DNA of 64,000 nucleotides from assembly GCA_965237785.1 (NCBI GenBank), contig OZ250159.1:519989-583988 (forward strand), given 5' to 3'. How positions within the stretch are numbered: position 1 is the first letter of the stretch; every line of letters begins with the position of its first letter. Below the pieces are notes generated by a model. That model saw nothing but the letters and a program-made list of their open reading frames with translations. It made no database searches and was not told the DNA's origin. Positions 35,453-45,834 of this stretch are shown here, in pieces. The position numbers were made by a program, and so were the translations under genes. Source of the DNA: Candidatus Rariloculaceae bacterium. GTDB taxonomy: Bacteria; Pseudomonadota; Gammaproteobacteria; Steroidobacterales; Rariloculaceae.

Positions 35453-36533
35453 ATGAAGTTCGTCGATGAGGCTACCGTGCGGGTCGCAGCCGGTCATGGC
35501 GGTAGCGGCTGTGTCAGCTTCCGCAGGGAGAAGTACGTGCCCCGTGGCGGTCCCGACGGGGGCGACGGGGGGCGTGGCGGCAGCGTCTATCTGATTGCCA
35601 GGTCCGGTATGAATACCCTGGCGGAATTTCGCGTTCGGCGCCGCTTTGCCGCCGGTAACGGCAGCGGCGGCGCGGGCCGGCGGCGAACCGGCGCTTCCGG
35701 GCAAGACCTCTATGTTCCGGTTCCCGCGGGTACGATTGTCTCCGATCTGGATACCGAAGAAATACTCGGCGATCTGGCCACCGCAGGTCAGACGCTCAAG
35801 GTCGCCCAGGGGGGGCGAGGCGGCCTGGGAAATAGCCGCTTCAAGAGCAGTGTCAACCGTGCGCCGCGAAAGTTCACGCCGGGCGATGCCGGAGAGTCAC
35901 GGCACTTGCACATGGAACTCAAGCTGCTGGCGGATGTCGGCTTGGTGGGTCTGCCCAATGCCGGCAAATCGACCTTGTTGCGGGCACTGTCGGCGGCGCG
36001 TCCCAAGGTGGCTGACTATCCATTCACCACGCTGCATCCCCATCTGGGAGTGGTGTCCGTGGAGTCGGACCGCAGCTACGTCGTCGCCGATATTCCAGGT
36101 TTGATCGAGGGCGCCGCCGAGGGCGCGGGACTCGGAATCCAGTTCCTCAGACACCTGCAGCGTACGCGGCTCCTGCTGCACGTGGTGGAATTGGAGCAAC
36201 CGGGCCGGCGGCTCGTGAACCCCGGTCGATGCCGTACCGCGGCGGCTTGACCCGGTCGATGCCGTACATACGGTTGGGGAGGAGTTGGCGATGCATTCGG
36301 CGAGTCTGGCGTCCCGGCCGCGTTGGCTTGCACTCAACAAGCTCGATTTGTTGCCGAGGTCCCGGTGGGGCGAGGCGGTCGACTCGTTGGTGGAGGCATT
36401 GGACTGGAAGGCGCCCGCGTTCGGCATCAGTGCGGCGACGGGGGAGGGCACCGAGGCCCTGGCGCTCGCGGTCATGAACCATCTGGAAGCGCCGGTGGTT
36501 CCTGAGGGGGAGGGCCCCGAAGAGGGCTCGTGA
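35453..36533 (+). CDS. obg: GTPase Obg/CgtA, reading frame interrupted by an apparent 1-nt insertion in a C4 run (36220-36223)
   Basis: The N-terminal Obg fold is [28 protein letters not shown] and the G-domain is [14 protein letters not shown]...DIPGLIEGA. The track ORF stops at 36250. The conserved [13 protein letters not shown] continues in ORF 36285..36533. Deleting one C of aacccc restores one continuous frame (...[25 protein letters not shown]...). Confidence 0.9.
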
Positions 36534-36549
36534 CGGACGCCCGAATAGC

Positions 36550-36667
36550 CGGGCTTGAGGGATAGACGACTCTTAAGGGATAGACGACTCTTTGAGGGAT
36601 GGCCGGCTCTTAAGGGATGGCCGGCCCTTGACGGATGGGCGGCCCTTGACGGATGGACGGCTAAAGG
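36550..36667. repeat. Six tandem copies of an 18-19-bp unit (GGATRGVCGRCYCTTRAS) between convergent obg and rpsT
   Basis: The copies are ggatagacgactcttaag (36559), ggatagacgactctttgag (36577), ggatggccggctcttaag (36596), ggatggccggcccttgac (36614), ggatgggcggcccttgac (36632) and ggatggacggctaaag (36650). The last copy overlaps the rpsT stop codon. Confidence 0.9.
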
Positions 36668-36921
36668 GCGCGAACCTTGGCGTTCAACCGGCTCTTGTAG
36701 CGGGCGGCCCGATTCTTGTCGATGATGCCCTTCGCCGCCATCTTGTCGATCTGGGGCACAGCCGTGCGATAGTTCGCCTGTGCGGCTTCCTTGTCGCCCG
36801 CTTGCACGGATCGGAGCACATGGCGCAACGCCGTCCGAAGGCGCGAGCGCAGTGTCGCGTTGTGCAGGCGCAGTTTGACGTTCTGTCGAGCGCGCTTCTT
36901 TGCCGATTGAATGTTTGCCAT
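36661..36921 (-). CDS. rpsT: 30S ribosomal protein S20
   Basis: [30 protein letters not shown]... Confidence 0.97.
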   Translation of the reverse strand: MANIQSAKKRARQNVKLRLHNATLRSRLRTALRHVLRSVQAGDKEAAQANYRTAVPQIDKMAAKGIIDKNRAARYKSRLNAKVRAL

Positions 36922-37139
36922 GAGATTCCGAACAGGGTAAGTCTAGCGGGGGGCCGGCTCGAGAAGGGCGGTATTATTCGTAGCTCGCCAATCTAAGTCA
37001 AGCTGGCTTGAGTTTCACCGGCGCAGTTTGTGTGGACGATTGGGTCGCCGGGCGTGGCGCGGCCGCGGTGGGGAAATGGCGGGATTGTCGGGGTGAAGGG
37101 CTAAGGAGTTCAACGTGGTGCGGTCGCTCAAGGTGACCT

Positions 37140-38753
37140 GTGAATAACGGCACGCCGGCAGCGGTGCGTGGCGACGGCAACGAGCCCGGGGGCTTGCTTC
37201 GCTCGACGTCCGTGGTAGGTGCGATGACATTGCTCTCGCGCGTCTCCGGACTGGCGCGCGACATCGGCTTCTCGCGGTGGTTTGGCGCCAGCCCGCTCAT
37301 GGACGCGTTCTTCGTCGCATTCAAGATTCCCAACCTGCTGCGGCGGTTCTTTGCCGAAGGGGCGTTCTCCGCCGCGTTCGTGCCGGTGTTTTCCGAGTAC
37401 CGGGCGACCCGGAGTCCCGAGGAGACCCGGGAACTCGTGGACCGAGTGGCGGGTACGCTGGGACTTGCGCTGTTCGGCATCACCGCCGTCGGCGTCGCCG
37501 CCGCGCCTTTGCTGATCCTGATTTTTGCGCCCGGTTTTGTCGACGATGACGGGCGCTACGCGCTCGCGCGGGACATGCTCAGGCTCACGTTTCCCTATCT
37601 GTTTTTCATTTCCCTGACGGCGCTGGCCGGAGCGATTCTCAATACCTTCCGGAGATTTGCCGTTCCCGCCTTCACGCCGGTGCTGTTGAACCTGGTATTG
37701 ATCGGCTTCGCCGGCTGGGTGGCGCCAAACCTGCAAAACCCGGGAATGGGGTTGGCGGCCGGTGTTTTCGTCGCCGGCGTGGCGCAATTGCTGTTTCAGT
37801 TACCGTTTCTTGTGCGGCTGAAGCTGCTGCCCCGGCCTCGATGGGGATGGGCCTACGCGGGTGTGCGCCGAATACTCAAGCTGATGACGCCGGTGATCTT
37901 CGGCTCATCGGTGGCGCAGATCAACATTCTGTTCGACACCTTGATCGCCTCGTTCCTCGCCGCCGGAAGTATTTCCTGGCTGTACTACTCCGACCGGCTG
38001 ATGGAGTTTCCGCTGGGTGTATTCGGAATCGCCCTGGCCACGGCGATCCTGCCGACCTTGTCCGAGCAGCACGCGCGGGCATCGCCTGATGCCTTCAACC
38101 GTACGCTGGACTGGGCGTTGCGGCTCGTGCTGATCATCGCCTTTCCCGCCGCGCTGGGGTTGATCGTGCTCGCGAAGCCGTTGCTCGCAACCCTGTTTTT
38201 CGGCGGCGAGTTCACCGCCAACGACGTCGACATGGCGGGCGCGGCGTTGGTCGCGTATGGGTTGGGGCTGGTGGGTTTTATTCTCGTCAAGGTGCTGACC
38301 CCGGGTTACTTCGCGCGTCAGGATACCAGGTCGCCGGTTCGCATCGCCGTTTACGCCCTCGGGTTGAACATGGTGTTGAATGTCGTGCTGGTGGTGAGCC
38401 TGATCCGGGTGGATTTCTACGCCCCCCACGCCGGTCTGGCGCTGGCCACGACCATTGCCGCGCTCTTCAACGCCGGGTTGCTTTACCGTGGACTTCGCAA
38501 GCGCAAGGTCTATACGCCGCTGCCGGGGTGGGGCCGGTTGGCAATTCAGGTGCTCGCGGCCGGCGCGGCGATGGCGCTTGCCGTGGCATGGATGAGGGAT
38601 TGGGCCGGAGACTGGCTGTTGCTGGGCGCAATGCAACGCGTCGGCGCGCTCTTCATATGCGTCGTCGCCGGTATGGCAATCTACTTCTTGAGTGCTTACC
38701 TGTTCGGCCTGCGATTGGCGGCACTTCGGAAATCGGCGCCGTCGCGCCTATAA
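37140..38753 (+). CDS. murJ: Lipid II flippase MurJ (MviN)
   Basis: GTG start. LLSRVSGLARDIGFSRWFGASPLMDAFFVAFKIPNLLRRFFAEGAFSAAFVPVFSEY. It is polytopic, and the rpsT / murJ-ribF-ileS-lspA synteny supports the call. Confidence 0.93.
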   Translation: MNNGTPAAVRGDGNEPGGLLRSTSVVGAMTLLSRVSGLARDIGFSRWFGASPLMDAFFVAFKIPNLLRRFFAEGAFSAAFVPVFSEYRATRSPEETRELVDRVAGTLGLALFGITAVGVAAAPLLILIFAPGFVDDDGRYALARDMLRLTFPYLFFISLTALAGAILNTFRRFAVPAFTPVLLNLVLIGFAGWVAPNLQNPGMGLAAGVFVAGVAQLLFQLPFLVRLKLLPRPRWGWAYAGVRRILKLMTPVIFGSSVAQINILFDTLIASFLAAGSISWLYYSDRLMEFPLGVFGIALATAILPTLSEQHARASPDAFNRTLDWALRLVLIIAFPAALGLIVLAKPLLATLFFGGEFTANDVDMAGAALVAYGLGLVGFILVKVLTPGYFARQDTRSPVRIAVYALGLNMVLNVVLVVSLIRVDFYAPHAGLALATTIAALFNAGLLYRGLRKRKVYTPLPGWGRLAIQVLAAGAAMALAVAWMRDWAGDWLLLGAMQRVGALFICVVAGMAIYFLSAYLFGLRLAALRKSAPSRL

Positions 38754-38787
38754 TCGCGCAGGTTACTTCTTGCCGCCCACCATCTCC

Positions 38788-39714
38788 ATGCTCCTGTATC
38801 GCCACCTGTCGCACCTGCAACGCTCGCACGCGCACCCGCGCGTGGTGACCGTCGGGGCGTACGACGGCATACACAGGGGTCACCAGGAGATCCTGCGCCG
38901 GCTTCGGGCCCAGGGCCGCACATGCGGGATGCCGGCGCTGGTACTCTCCTTCGAGCCGCTGCCCAGAGAATTTTTCTCTCCCGACAAACCCACGGCCCGG
39001 CTGACGCGTTTCCGTGAGCGTTATCATCTCTTGGCCCGGTTCGGGGTAGATGAGTTCTTCTGCCCTTCGTTCAGCCGCATCAGGCGCCTGACGGCGCAGG
39101 AATTCATCGAGGACGTTCTTTTGGCTGGACTGAATGCCCGCCACATCGTGGTCGGCGAGGATTTTCGCTTTGCCGCACGGCGGCTTGGCACGTTGGATGA
39201 CCTCAGGGCCGCAGGCGAGATCAACGGGTTCGGAATCACGGCGGTACCGGCCGTCTATTGGCACGGCCGGCGCGTCAGCAGTACGGCCATTCGCGACGCC
39301 CTGGGCGCAGGGGATCTGGCCATTGCTCGGGATATGCTTGGACGGGACTACTCCATTTCAGGTCGCGTGATCCGCGGGATCGGTTTGGGCAAGGAACTGG
39401 GCTTTCCCACCGCCAATGTCAACCTTCATCGGCGCCAAACCCCGGTTGACGGTATATTTGCGGCGCGCGTGGGTGGGCTTGCCGAGGGGCTGCTCGACGG
39501 TGTGGCCAGCGTTGGAACCCGCCCGACGGTCGGCGGGGTGGAACCTTTGCTGGAGGTATTCATTTTCGATTTCAAGCGGGAAATTTACGGCCGGAACATC
39601 ACCGTGCACTTCATCAGGCGCCTGCGCGAGGAACGCACATATTCCGATCTGAACGCCATGACGGTACAAATGCGCAGGGACGTGGCCGATGCCCGCGCGG
39701 CATTGGCGGCTTGA
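38788..39714 (+). CDS. ribF: Bifunctional riboflavin kinase / FAD synthetase
   Basis: ATG at 38788. VVTVGAYDGIHRGHQEIL, and the kinase part is GFPTANV...DGIFAARV...LEVFIFDFKREIYG. Confidence 0.93.
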   Translation: MLLYRHLSHLQRSHAHPRVVTVGAYDGIHRGHQEILRRLRAQGRTCGMPALVLSFEPLPREFFSPDKPTARLTRFRERYHLLARFGVDEFFCPSFSRIRRLTAQEFIEDVLLAGLNARHIVVGEDFRFAARRLGTLDDLRAAGEINGFGITAVPAVYWHGRRVSSTAIRDALGAGDLAIARDMLGRDYSISGRVIRGIGLGKELGFPTANVNLHRRQTPVDGIFAARVGGLAEGLLDGVASVGTRPTVGGVEPLLEVFIFDFKREIYGRNITVHFIRRLREERTYSDLNAMTVQMRRDVADARAALAA

Positions 39715-39720
39715 AGGACC

Positions 39721-42549
39721 ATGACGGACTATAGGGATACTCTCAACCTGCCGCGGACCGGCTTCCCCATGCGCGGCAACCTGGCGCGGCGCGAGCCCGA
39801 GATGCTCGAGCGTTGGGAGAAACAGGATATCTACGGCCAGATTCGCGCGGCGGCAGCGGGTCGACCGCGGTTCGTGCTGCACGACGGCCCGCCCTACGCC
39901 AACGGTGACATCCACCTGGGACACGCGTTGAACCAGGTGCTCAAGGACATCGTCGTCAAGTCGCGCACGCTGGATGGGTACGATGCGCCCTACGTGCCCG
40001 GTTGGGATTGTCACGGGTTGCCCATCGAGCATCAGGTGGAGCGAAAGCTGGGCAAGCTTGGCGACGGGCTTGATGCGCGTGCCTTCCGCAAGGCCTGCCG
40101 GGAGTTTGCCGCCGAGCAGGTGCATCGTCAGCGCATCGGTCTCAAGCGCCTGGGGGCGTTGGGCGATTGGGATCGCCCCTACCTCACGATGGACCCTCAA
40201 TACGAGGCCGAACAACTCCGGGGATTCGCGCGACTCCTCGAGCGCGGCCTGGTCTTTCGGGGATACAAGCCCGTGCATTGGTGTCTGGATTGCCGCTCGG
40301 CACTGGCTGAAGCCGAGGTGGAATACAGTGACAAACGCTCCGATGCCGTGGACGTGCGCTTTGCGGTGGTGAATCCCGATGAACTCGGCTCACGATTGAG
40401 CATGGCGGTACCGGTGGAGCGGGCGTCGATCCCCATCTGGACAACCACGCCGTGGACATTGCCCGGCAACCGGGCGGTGGCCTTGAACGAGACGCTGCTG
40501 TACAGCCTGGTGGAGGTCGATCCGGGGAATGGCAGCGAGCACCTTCTCATTGCCAGGGACATGCTGGAAAGCGTGGCGAACCGGTACCGCGCGGCACAGG
40601 TGTCGGTGGTGGGAACCGCACCCGGATCGGCATTCGAGGGGCTGCAACTTCGCCATCCGTTCTACGACCGGGTGGTTCCCGCGGTGCTAGGCGATCACGT
40701 CACGACGGAGGCCGGCACCGGCGCCGTGCATACGGCGCCCGGCCACGGTCACGATGATTTTGTGATGGGTATGCGTTTTGACCTGCCCCTGGATTGCCCC
40801 GTGGACGGCGACGGCAAGTACCGGGCCGGTACGCCGATGCTCGCGGGCGAACACATCGTCCCCGCCGGCCGACGTATCGTCGAGGAACTGCGCGACCGCG
40901 GCGCGCTTCTGCACTGCGAATCCGTGACCCATAGCTATCCCCACTGCTGGCGGCATCGGACTCCGGTGATTTTCCGGGCCACGCCGCAGTGGTTCATCGG
41001 CATGGACCGCGGCGGCTTGAGGGCCAGCGCGCTGGCGCAGTTGCGAGAGGTGCGATGGACGCCCGACTGGGGTGAGGAACGCATCCGTGGAATGATCGAC
41101 GACCGCCCGGACTGGTGTATCTCGCGGCAGCGTACCTGGGGCGTGCCGATTCCGCTGTTCGTGCACCGCGAAACCGGCGACATGCATCCGCAATCCGCGG
41201 CATTGGCGCGACGGGTGGCCGATGTCGTCGAGCAGCACGGGATCGATGCCTGGTTCGAGTTGGATCCGCAAGAGGTTCTGGGTGACGAAGCGTCTTCATA
41301 TGAGCCGGTCAGCGACGTCATGGACGTATGGCTTGACTCGGGATTCAGCCATCATGTGGTAGCGACACTGAGGGAAGAGGTTTCGATGCCGGCGGATCTC
41401 TATCTTGAGGGCTCCGACCAGCACCGCGGCTGGTTCCAGTCGAGCTTGCTGACCTCGGTCGGCATGTACGACCGCGCGCCCTACAAGGGGGTTCTCACCC
41501 ACGGTTTCACCGTGGACGATCAGGGGCGCAAGATGTCCAAGTCCCTGGGCAACGTGATCGAACCGCAGAAGGTTTTCAGGACGCTGGGAGCAGATATCCT
41601 GCGACTTTGGGTGGCGGCCACGGACTACCGTTCCGAGATGAGCGTCTCCAGCGAAATTCTCACCCGCGTCTCCGATGCGTATCGACGGTTGCGCAATACG
41701 CAGCGGTTCTTTCTTGGCAACCTGCACGACTTCGAACCCGCAGCGCACGAAGTGCTCGACGATCGGATGATTTCGCTGGATCGATGGGCGCTGGACCGTG
41801 CCCGTGCCCTGCAGGACGAGGTGGTCACAGCCTACGAGCGTTACGAGTTCCACCACATCTACCACAAGGTCCACAACTTCTGCGTCGTGGAGATGGGCGG
41901 CTTCTATCTCGACGTGATCAAGGACCGGCTCTATACGACACCCGCCGACGGTGTCCCCCGGCGCTCGGCGCAAACCGCGATGTACCACATCGCCGAGGCC
42001 ATGGTCCGGTGGCTGGCGCCGATTCTCAGTTTCACGGCCGAGGAGATCTGGCAGGAACTTCCCGGCGAGCGCGGCGACTCGGTGCTGCTGTCGACCTGGC
42101 ACCGGATCCCGGACCCTGGCGGCGATGATGTCCGGGTGGACTGGCCGGCGATCCTGCGGGTTCGTCAGCATGTCACCGGGCAACTGGAAGCGTTGCGGGC
42201 GGCAGGCTCCATCGGCTCGTCGCTGGATGCCGACGTCGTTGTCGACTGCATGGACCCGTTGGCGGCCACGCTGAAGCGATTGGGCGACGAATTACGTTTC
42301 GTTTTCATCACTTCAAGTGCTGGTGTCAGTACCCCGTCGGAAGTTCTTCCGCCGGGATTCCTGGATTCTGACGCAGTTGCGGCCATGAACGTCGTGCCTG
42401 GAGTCGGGATCAGTCCCAGCCCGCACGACAAGTGCGTGCGCTGCTGGCATCGACGCGCCGACGTGGGTCGACATGATCAGCACCCCGAACTGTGCGGCCG
42501 CTGTGTGAATAACGTCGACGGTCCCGGGGAACTCCGGGTCTACGCATGA
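39721..42549 (+). CDS. ileS: Isoleucine--tRNA ligase
   Basis: 942 aa. The HIGH motif is [13 protein letters not shown] and KMSKS is present. The C-terminal zinc motif is CVRCWHRR...CGRC. Confidence 0.98.
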   Translation: MTDYRDTLNLPRTGFPMRGNLARREPEMLERWEKQDIYGQIRAAAAGRPRFVLHDGPPYANGDIHLGHALNQVLKDIVVKSRTLDGYDAPYVPGWDCHGLPIEHQVERKLGKLGDGLDARAFRKACREFAAEQVHRQRIGLKRLGALGDWDRPYLTMDPQYEAEQLRGFARLLERGLVFRGYKPVHWCLDCRSALAEAEVEYSDKRSDAVDVRFAVVNPDELGSRLSMAVPVERASIPIWTTTPWTLPGNRAVALNETLLYSLVEVDPGNGSEHLLIARDMLESVANRYRAAQVSVVGTAPGSAFEGLQLRHPFYDRVVPAVLGDHVTTEAGTGAVHTAPGHGHDDFVMGMRFDLPLDCPVDGDGKYRAGTPMLAGEHIVPAGRRIVEELRDRGALLHCESVTHSYPHCWRHRTPVIFRATPQWFIGMDRGGLRASALAQLREVRWTPDWGEERIRGMIDDRPDWCISRQRTWGVPIPLFVHRETGDMHPQSAALARRVADVVEQHGIDAWFELDPQEVLGDEASSYEPVSDVMDVWLDSGFSHHVVATLREEVSMPADLYLEGSDQHRGWFQSSLLTSVGMYDRAPYKGVLTHGFTVDDQGRKMSKSLGNVIEPQKVFRTLGADILRLWVAATDYRSEMSVSSEILTRVSDAYRRLRNTQRFFLGNLHDFEPAAHEVLDDRMISLDRWALDRARALQDEVVTAYERYEFHHIYHKVHNFCVVEMGGFYLDVIKDRLYTTPADGVPRRSAQTAMYHIAEAMVRWLAPILSFTAEEIWQELPGERGDSVLLSTWHRIPDPGGDDVRVDWPAILRVRQHVTGQLEALRAAGSIGSSLDADVVVDCMDPLAATLKRLGDELRFVFITSSAGVSTPSEVLPPGFLDSDAVAAMNVVPGVGISPSPHDKCVRCWHRRADVGRHDQHPELCGRCVNNVDGPGELRVYA

Positions 42550-43127
42550 GTTCATCGAAGCGCACCGACCGGGAACCGCGGGCGATCCGCTCCGGGCTCC
42601 GCCGTCTCGGCAAGGCGGTGAGAGGCCCGTCGTGGACCTCCTCGGATGGGGACGCATCGTCCTGGCTCTGGCTCACGCTCGCGGTCGTCGCGCTCGACCA
42701 ATGGACCAAGTTCTTTATCACCCAGAATTTCAACGAATTCGATACCCTGACGGTATTGCCGGTATTCGATCTGATACGCCTTCATAATGAGGGCGCGGCG
42801 TTCAGTTTTCTCAGTAACGCGTCCGGATGGCAACGCTGGGTGTTCACCTTGCTGGGTATCGGCGTCAGCATTGGACTGTTGGTGTGGCTGCTGCGTTTAC
42901 CCGCCCGCGGACAACATCGATTGGCGGCGGCGTTGGCGCTCATCATGGGGGGAGCACTGGGCAATGTGATCGATCGAATACGATTGGGACATGTCATCGA
43001 TTTTATACACGTGCACTATCAGGAATGGTATTTCCCGGCATTCAACGCCGCCGACTCGGCGATTACGGTGGGCGCCGGACTGTTGATACTGGATAGCCTG
43101 CTGAACGGCAGACATCCGGAGGAGTAG
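42546..43127 (+). CDS. lspA: Lipoprotein signal peptidase (signal peptidase II)
   Basis: ATGA overlap with the ileS stop. [10 protein letters not shown]...[14 protein letters not shown]...[20 protein letters not shown]. Confidence 0.93.
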   Translation: MSSSKRTDREPRAIRSGLRRLGKAVRGPSWTSSDGDASSWLWLTLAVVALDQWTKFFITQNFNEFDTLTVLPVFDLIRLHNEGAAFSFLSNASGWQRWVFTLLGIGVSIGLLVWLLRLPARGQHRLAAALALIMGGALGNVIDRIRLGHVIDFIHVHYQEWYFPAFNAADSAITVGAGLLILDSLLNGRHPEE

Positions 43128-43232
43128 TGGACCCGGGAGCCTGCAGAGGATTTCGGGATAACTCGAACTTGAAAAAGATGAGCCTTTAGAGACTTCTCGG
43201 ACAGGCATTGACCGATCATTGAGGGAATTGTC

Positions 43233-44264
43233 ATGAGATATTCAGCAATCTTTGCCGCGGCGAGTCTCTTGCTTTCGCCACCCCTTTCCGGCCATCACAG
43301 TGACGCGGCTCTGGAGATGGACAGGGTGGTCACGTTCCAGGGCACGGTCACCGAGTTCTTTTGGCGTAATCCGCACTCCTATTTCGCCGTGGAAACCACG
43401 GACGAAGACGGTGAGCAGATCGAGTGGGAGGTGCAGATGGGCTCGTCGATAACAATTTCGCGCCGAGGCTGGACCCGCGATTCGCTATGGGTCGGCGACC
43501 AGGTAACGGTCGGGCTCCATCCCGCACGCGACGGGCGGCCGTACGGCTTGCTCGACTCGGTTGAGAAGGAGGGTGGAATCCCTGTGCCGGCGCCGGCTGC
43601 CTCGGGCCAAAGCGCGCAGACGCCGGCGAGCACGACCACACTGGAAGGCCGGTGGATCGTGGATCGGGCGAGCCTCGGACCCGACTACCCCGGAGGTCTC
43701 GATCAACTCATGAGTCGCGAACTCAATTTGACCGAGCAGGGCAGAATCGCCGCCGCCGCGTACAGCCAGAACTCCTCGGAAAATCCGGAACTCGCATGCA
43801 TGACGAAGCCGACGCCCGGGGGACTCATCTATACCGACATCTACCCGATGGAGATCACCTTCAACGAAGGTGAAGAGACCATTACGATCCGGGTTCAGTA
43901 TTTCGACCAGGAACGGACGGTGTACATGGACGGGCGCGAGCATCCCGACATGAGCGAGCGTACTCACGAGGGTCATTCGATCGGTCGGTGGGAGGGGGAT
44001 GTACTGGTCGTGGACACCGCGAACTTTGCGGACAATCGATCGCCCTACCAGAACGGAATTCCTTCGGGCGCCGGGAAGCATGTCGTCGAGCGCTACGAGT
44101 TGGGCGAGGACGGCACCCGGATGACACTGGAGTTCGTACTCGAAGATCCGCAGTTCATCGTGGGGACGATGACCCATACCAGGGACTTGCTCTATTCCCC
44201 ACATCTGGACATGTCGCCCTTCAATTGCGATCTGGAATCAACGAGACGCTACCTGCCCGACTAG
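43233..44264 (+). CDS. Secreted two-domain protein: DUF6152-like N-domain plus lipocalin-like C-domain
   Basis: It has a signal peptide. The N-domain is GHHSDAALEMDRVVTFQGTVTEFFWRNPHSYFAVE...RRGWTRDSLWVGDQVTVGLHPARDG. The DUF number is from memory of the HHS...NPH...GW...RDG pattern. Confidence 0.7.
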   Translation: MRYSAIFAAASLLLSPPLSGHHSDAALEMDRVVTFQGTVTEFFWRNPHSYFAVETTDEDGEQIEWEVQMGSSITISRRGWTRDSLWVGDQVTVGLHPARDGRPYGLLDSVEKEGGIPVPAPAASGQSAQTPASTTTLEGRWIVDRASLGPDYPGGLDQLMSRELNLTEQGRIAAAAYSQNSSENPELACMTKPTPGGLIYTDIYPMEITFNEGEETITIRVQYFDQERTVYMDGREHPDMSERTHEGHSIGRWEGDVLVVDTANFADNRSPYQNGIPSGAGKHVVERYELGEDGTRMTLEFVLEDPQFIVGTMTHTRDLLYSPHLDMSPFNCDLESTRRYLPD

Positions 44265-44444
44265 CCGATTCGCGTTGTCCACAGGGGGTTTTTCTCGCGG
44301 CTGACCAACCTGGACACCGGGAGGTAGTCCTGGCTTTGCATGCGGCAATCGACGGCGAGCGCCCTCCATTCGCCATGCATTCCGAATTGGACGCTGGTAT
44401 ATTCCGAATCGGACGAAATAGTAATCCGAGTTGGACGATCATTC

Positions 44445-45005
44445 ATGACGAATCGGACGACAGGCCCCGAGAAGTTCGTGCCTCGGCATGCCGAGACGCT
44501 GAGCCATCAAGAAAGAGGTCGATGAGGATCCGCGCCCAGGGCGCTACTTGATCACCGGTTCGGTCGATCTGTTCAGAGGCTCAATCTCTCCCGATTCACT
44601 GGCAGGTCGCGTCGAGACGGTCTGCTCGCTGCGCTCCGGCGAGTTGATGCGGCGGCCATAGGCAGGGATCGACAGAAACTGGGTCCACTTCTCGAATGTT
44701 TCGTCCATGCGGAGCTCGCGAAGGCGGCCGCGCTATGCGACAAGGCGACGTCGATCAGCCATTACCGCGACAAGGATCAAGTCGAAGTCGATCTGGTGTT
44801 GGAGCGTTCACCGGGCGAAGTAGTCGGTATCGAAGTCAAGGCGGGGGCTACGGTGCGCCCCGCCGACTTCAGAGGGTTGGCCCGCCTTAAGCAGGCTGCG
44901 GGCGAGGGGTTTGCCGGCGGTATCATCCTTCGTGACGGTGAACGGATTCAGCAGACGGCCCGCGGATTGTTCGCCATGCCCGTCAAGGCGCTCTGGGAAA
45001 CGTGA
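44445..45005 (+). pseudogene. AAA-ATPase/DUF4143-family gene skeleton (multiple stops, frame changes and large deletions)
   Basis: Pieces in three frames are KFVPRHAETL, RYLITGSVDLFRGSISPDSLAGRVETV and LGPLLECFVHAELAKAAALCDKATSISHYRDKDQVEVDLVLERSPGEVVGIEVKAGATVRPADFRGL...PVKALW. Together they make about 185 codons, versus about 400 in intact homologs. Confidence 0.7.
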
Positions 45006-45106
45006 TGCCTATACGTTACGAATTTTTTTGCGTTGCAGGATGACTTGACGGACGCAGACTGGCCAAATGCGAGCTAGAGATGTTTGATCCAGACAGGAGA
45101 ATACCT

Positions 45107-45775
45107 ATGCCGAGTCGAAGAGATTTTCTAGGCGCCATTGGAATGGTGTCGGGAATGCTGGCGACGATGCCGGAGGCGTGGGCCCAGGGGCGCAAGGAAG
45201 TCTGGATCGCGGGCAAACGCATCAAGACCGTCGATATCCATGCTCACGCGTCGATCAAGGAGGTCGAGGAGGTCATTCGCGGCACGAACGTCGAGCGGAA
45301 TATCGTCATGGAAGGAGCTGCTCTGGATTTTCCGGGCGATCTCGGCAACATCGTCGGCAACCCGCTGGAGACGGCGTTCTTGTTCACGCGCATGATTTTC
45401 GACGGTACGTTCGACCGGTTTCCGAACCTCAAGATCTGCGGCGCACACGGCGGCGGATTTCTGCCATCCTATTTCGGCCGCACCGACGTAGCCTGTAACG
45501 GCGGCGGCGCGGAAGATTGCCGCAACCAAAAGCCGCCGCGCGAGTATCTGCGCACCCAGATCTTTGCCGACTCGATGGTCTTCTCCGACGAGGGCCTTCG
45601 ACATCTCGTCGCGGAGATGGGGGCGAGCCAGGTCGTTTACGGCACCGACATGCCGCTGGGTTGGCCAGACACGATGGATCTGATCATCGAGTCGCCGCAT
45701 CTCAGCAACGCCGAGAAAGAGGCCATCCTCGGAGGTAATCTGATCCGCTTGCTGCGTATCGACAGGACGATTTGA
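45107..45775 (+). CDS. Amidohydrolase-2-family protein with Tat-type signal (unusually short)
   Basis: aggaga RBS with ATG at 45107. The Tat motif is SRRDFLGAIG. The protein has VDIHAH, then already NPLETAFLFTRMIFDGTFDRFPNLKICGAHGGGFLPSYFGR, and YGTDMP. The roughly 100-aa region normally lying between the HxH and PxET motifs seems to be missing. Confidence 0.65.
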   Translation: MPSRRDFLGAIGMVSGMLATMPEAWAQGRKEVWIAGKRIKTVDIHAHASIKEVEEVIRGTNVERNIVMEGAALDFPGDLGNIVGNPLETAFLFTRMIFDGTFDRFPNLKICGAHGGGFLPSYFGRTDVACNGGGAEDCRNQKPPREYLRTQIFADSMVFSDEGLRHLVAEMGASQVVYGTDMPLGWPDTMDLIIESPHLSNAEKEAILGGNLIRLLRIDRTI

Positions 45776-45780
45776 CGCTG

Positions 45781-45834
45781 ACGGCCAAGCGCTACGGCCA
45801 AGCGCTACGGGCAAGCGCTACGGGCAAGCGCTAC
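45781..45834. repeat. Four tandem copies of a 13-bp unit (ACGGSCAAGCGCT) between convergent amidohydrolase and pbpC
   Basis: acggccaagcgct occurs twice (45781, 45794) and acgggcaagcgct twice (45807, 45820). The array abuts or overlaps the pbpC stop codon at 45831-45833. Confidence 0.9.

Noticed and set aside
36550-36667. Possible CRISPR array (regular short repeats)
   Set aside because: The units are directly abutting with no spacers and a unit length of 18-19 bp. There are no cas genes in the window. It is a minisatellite, not a CRISPR array.
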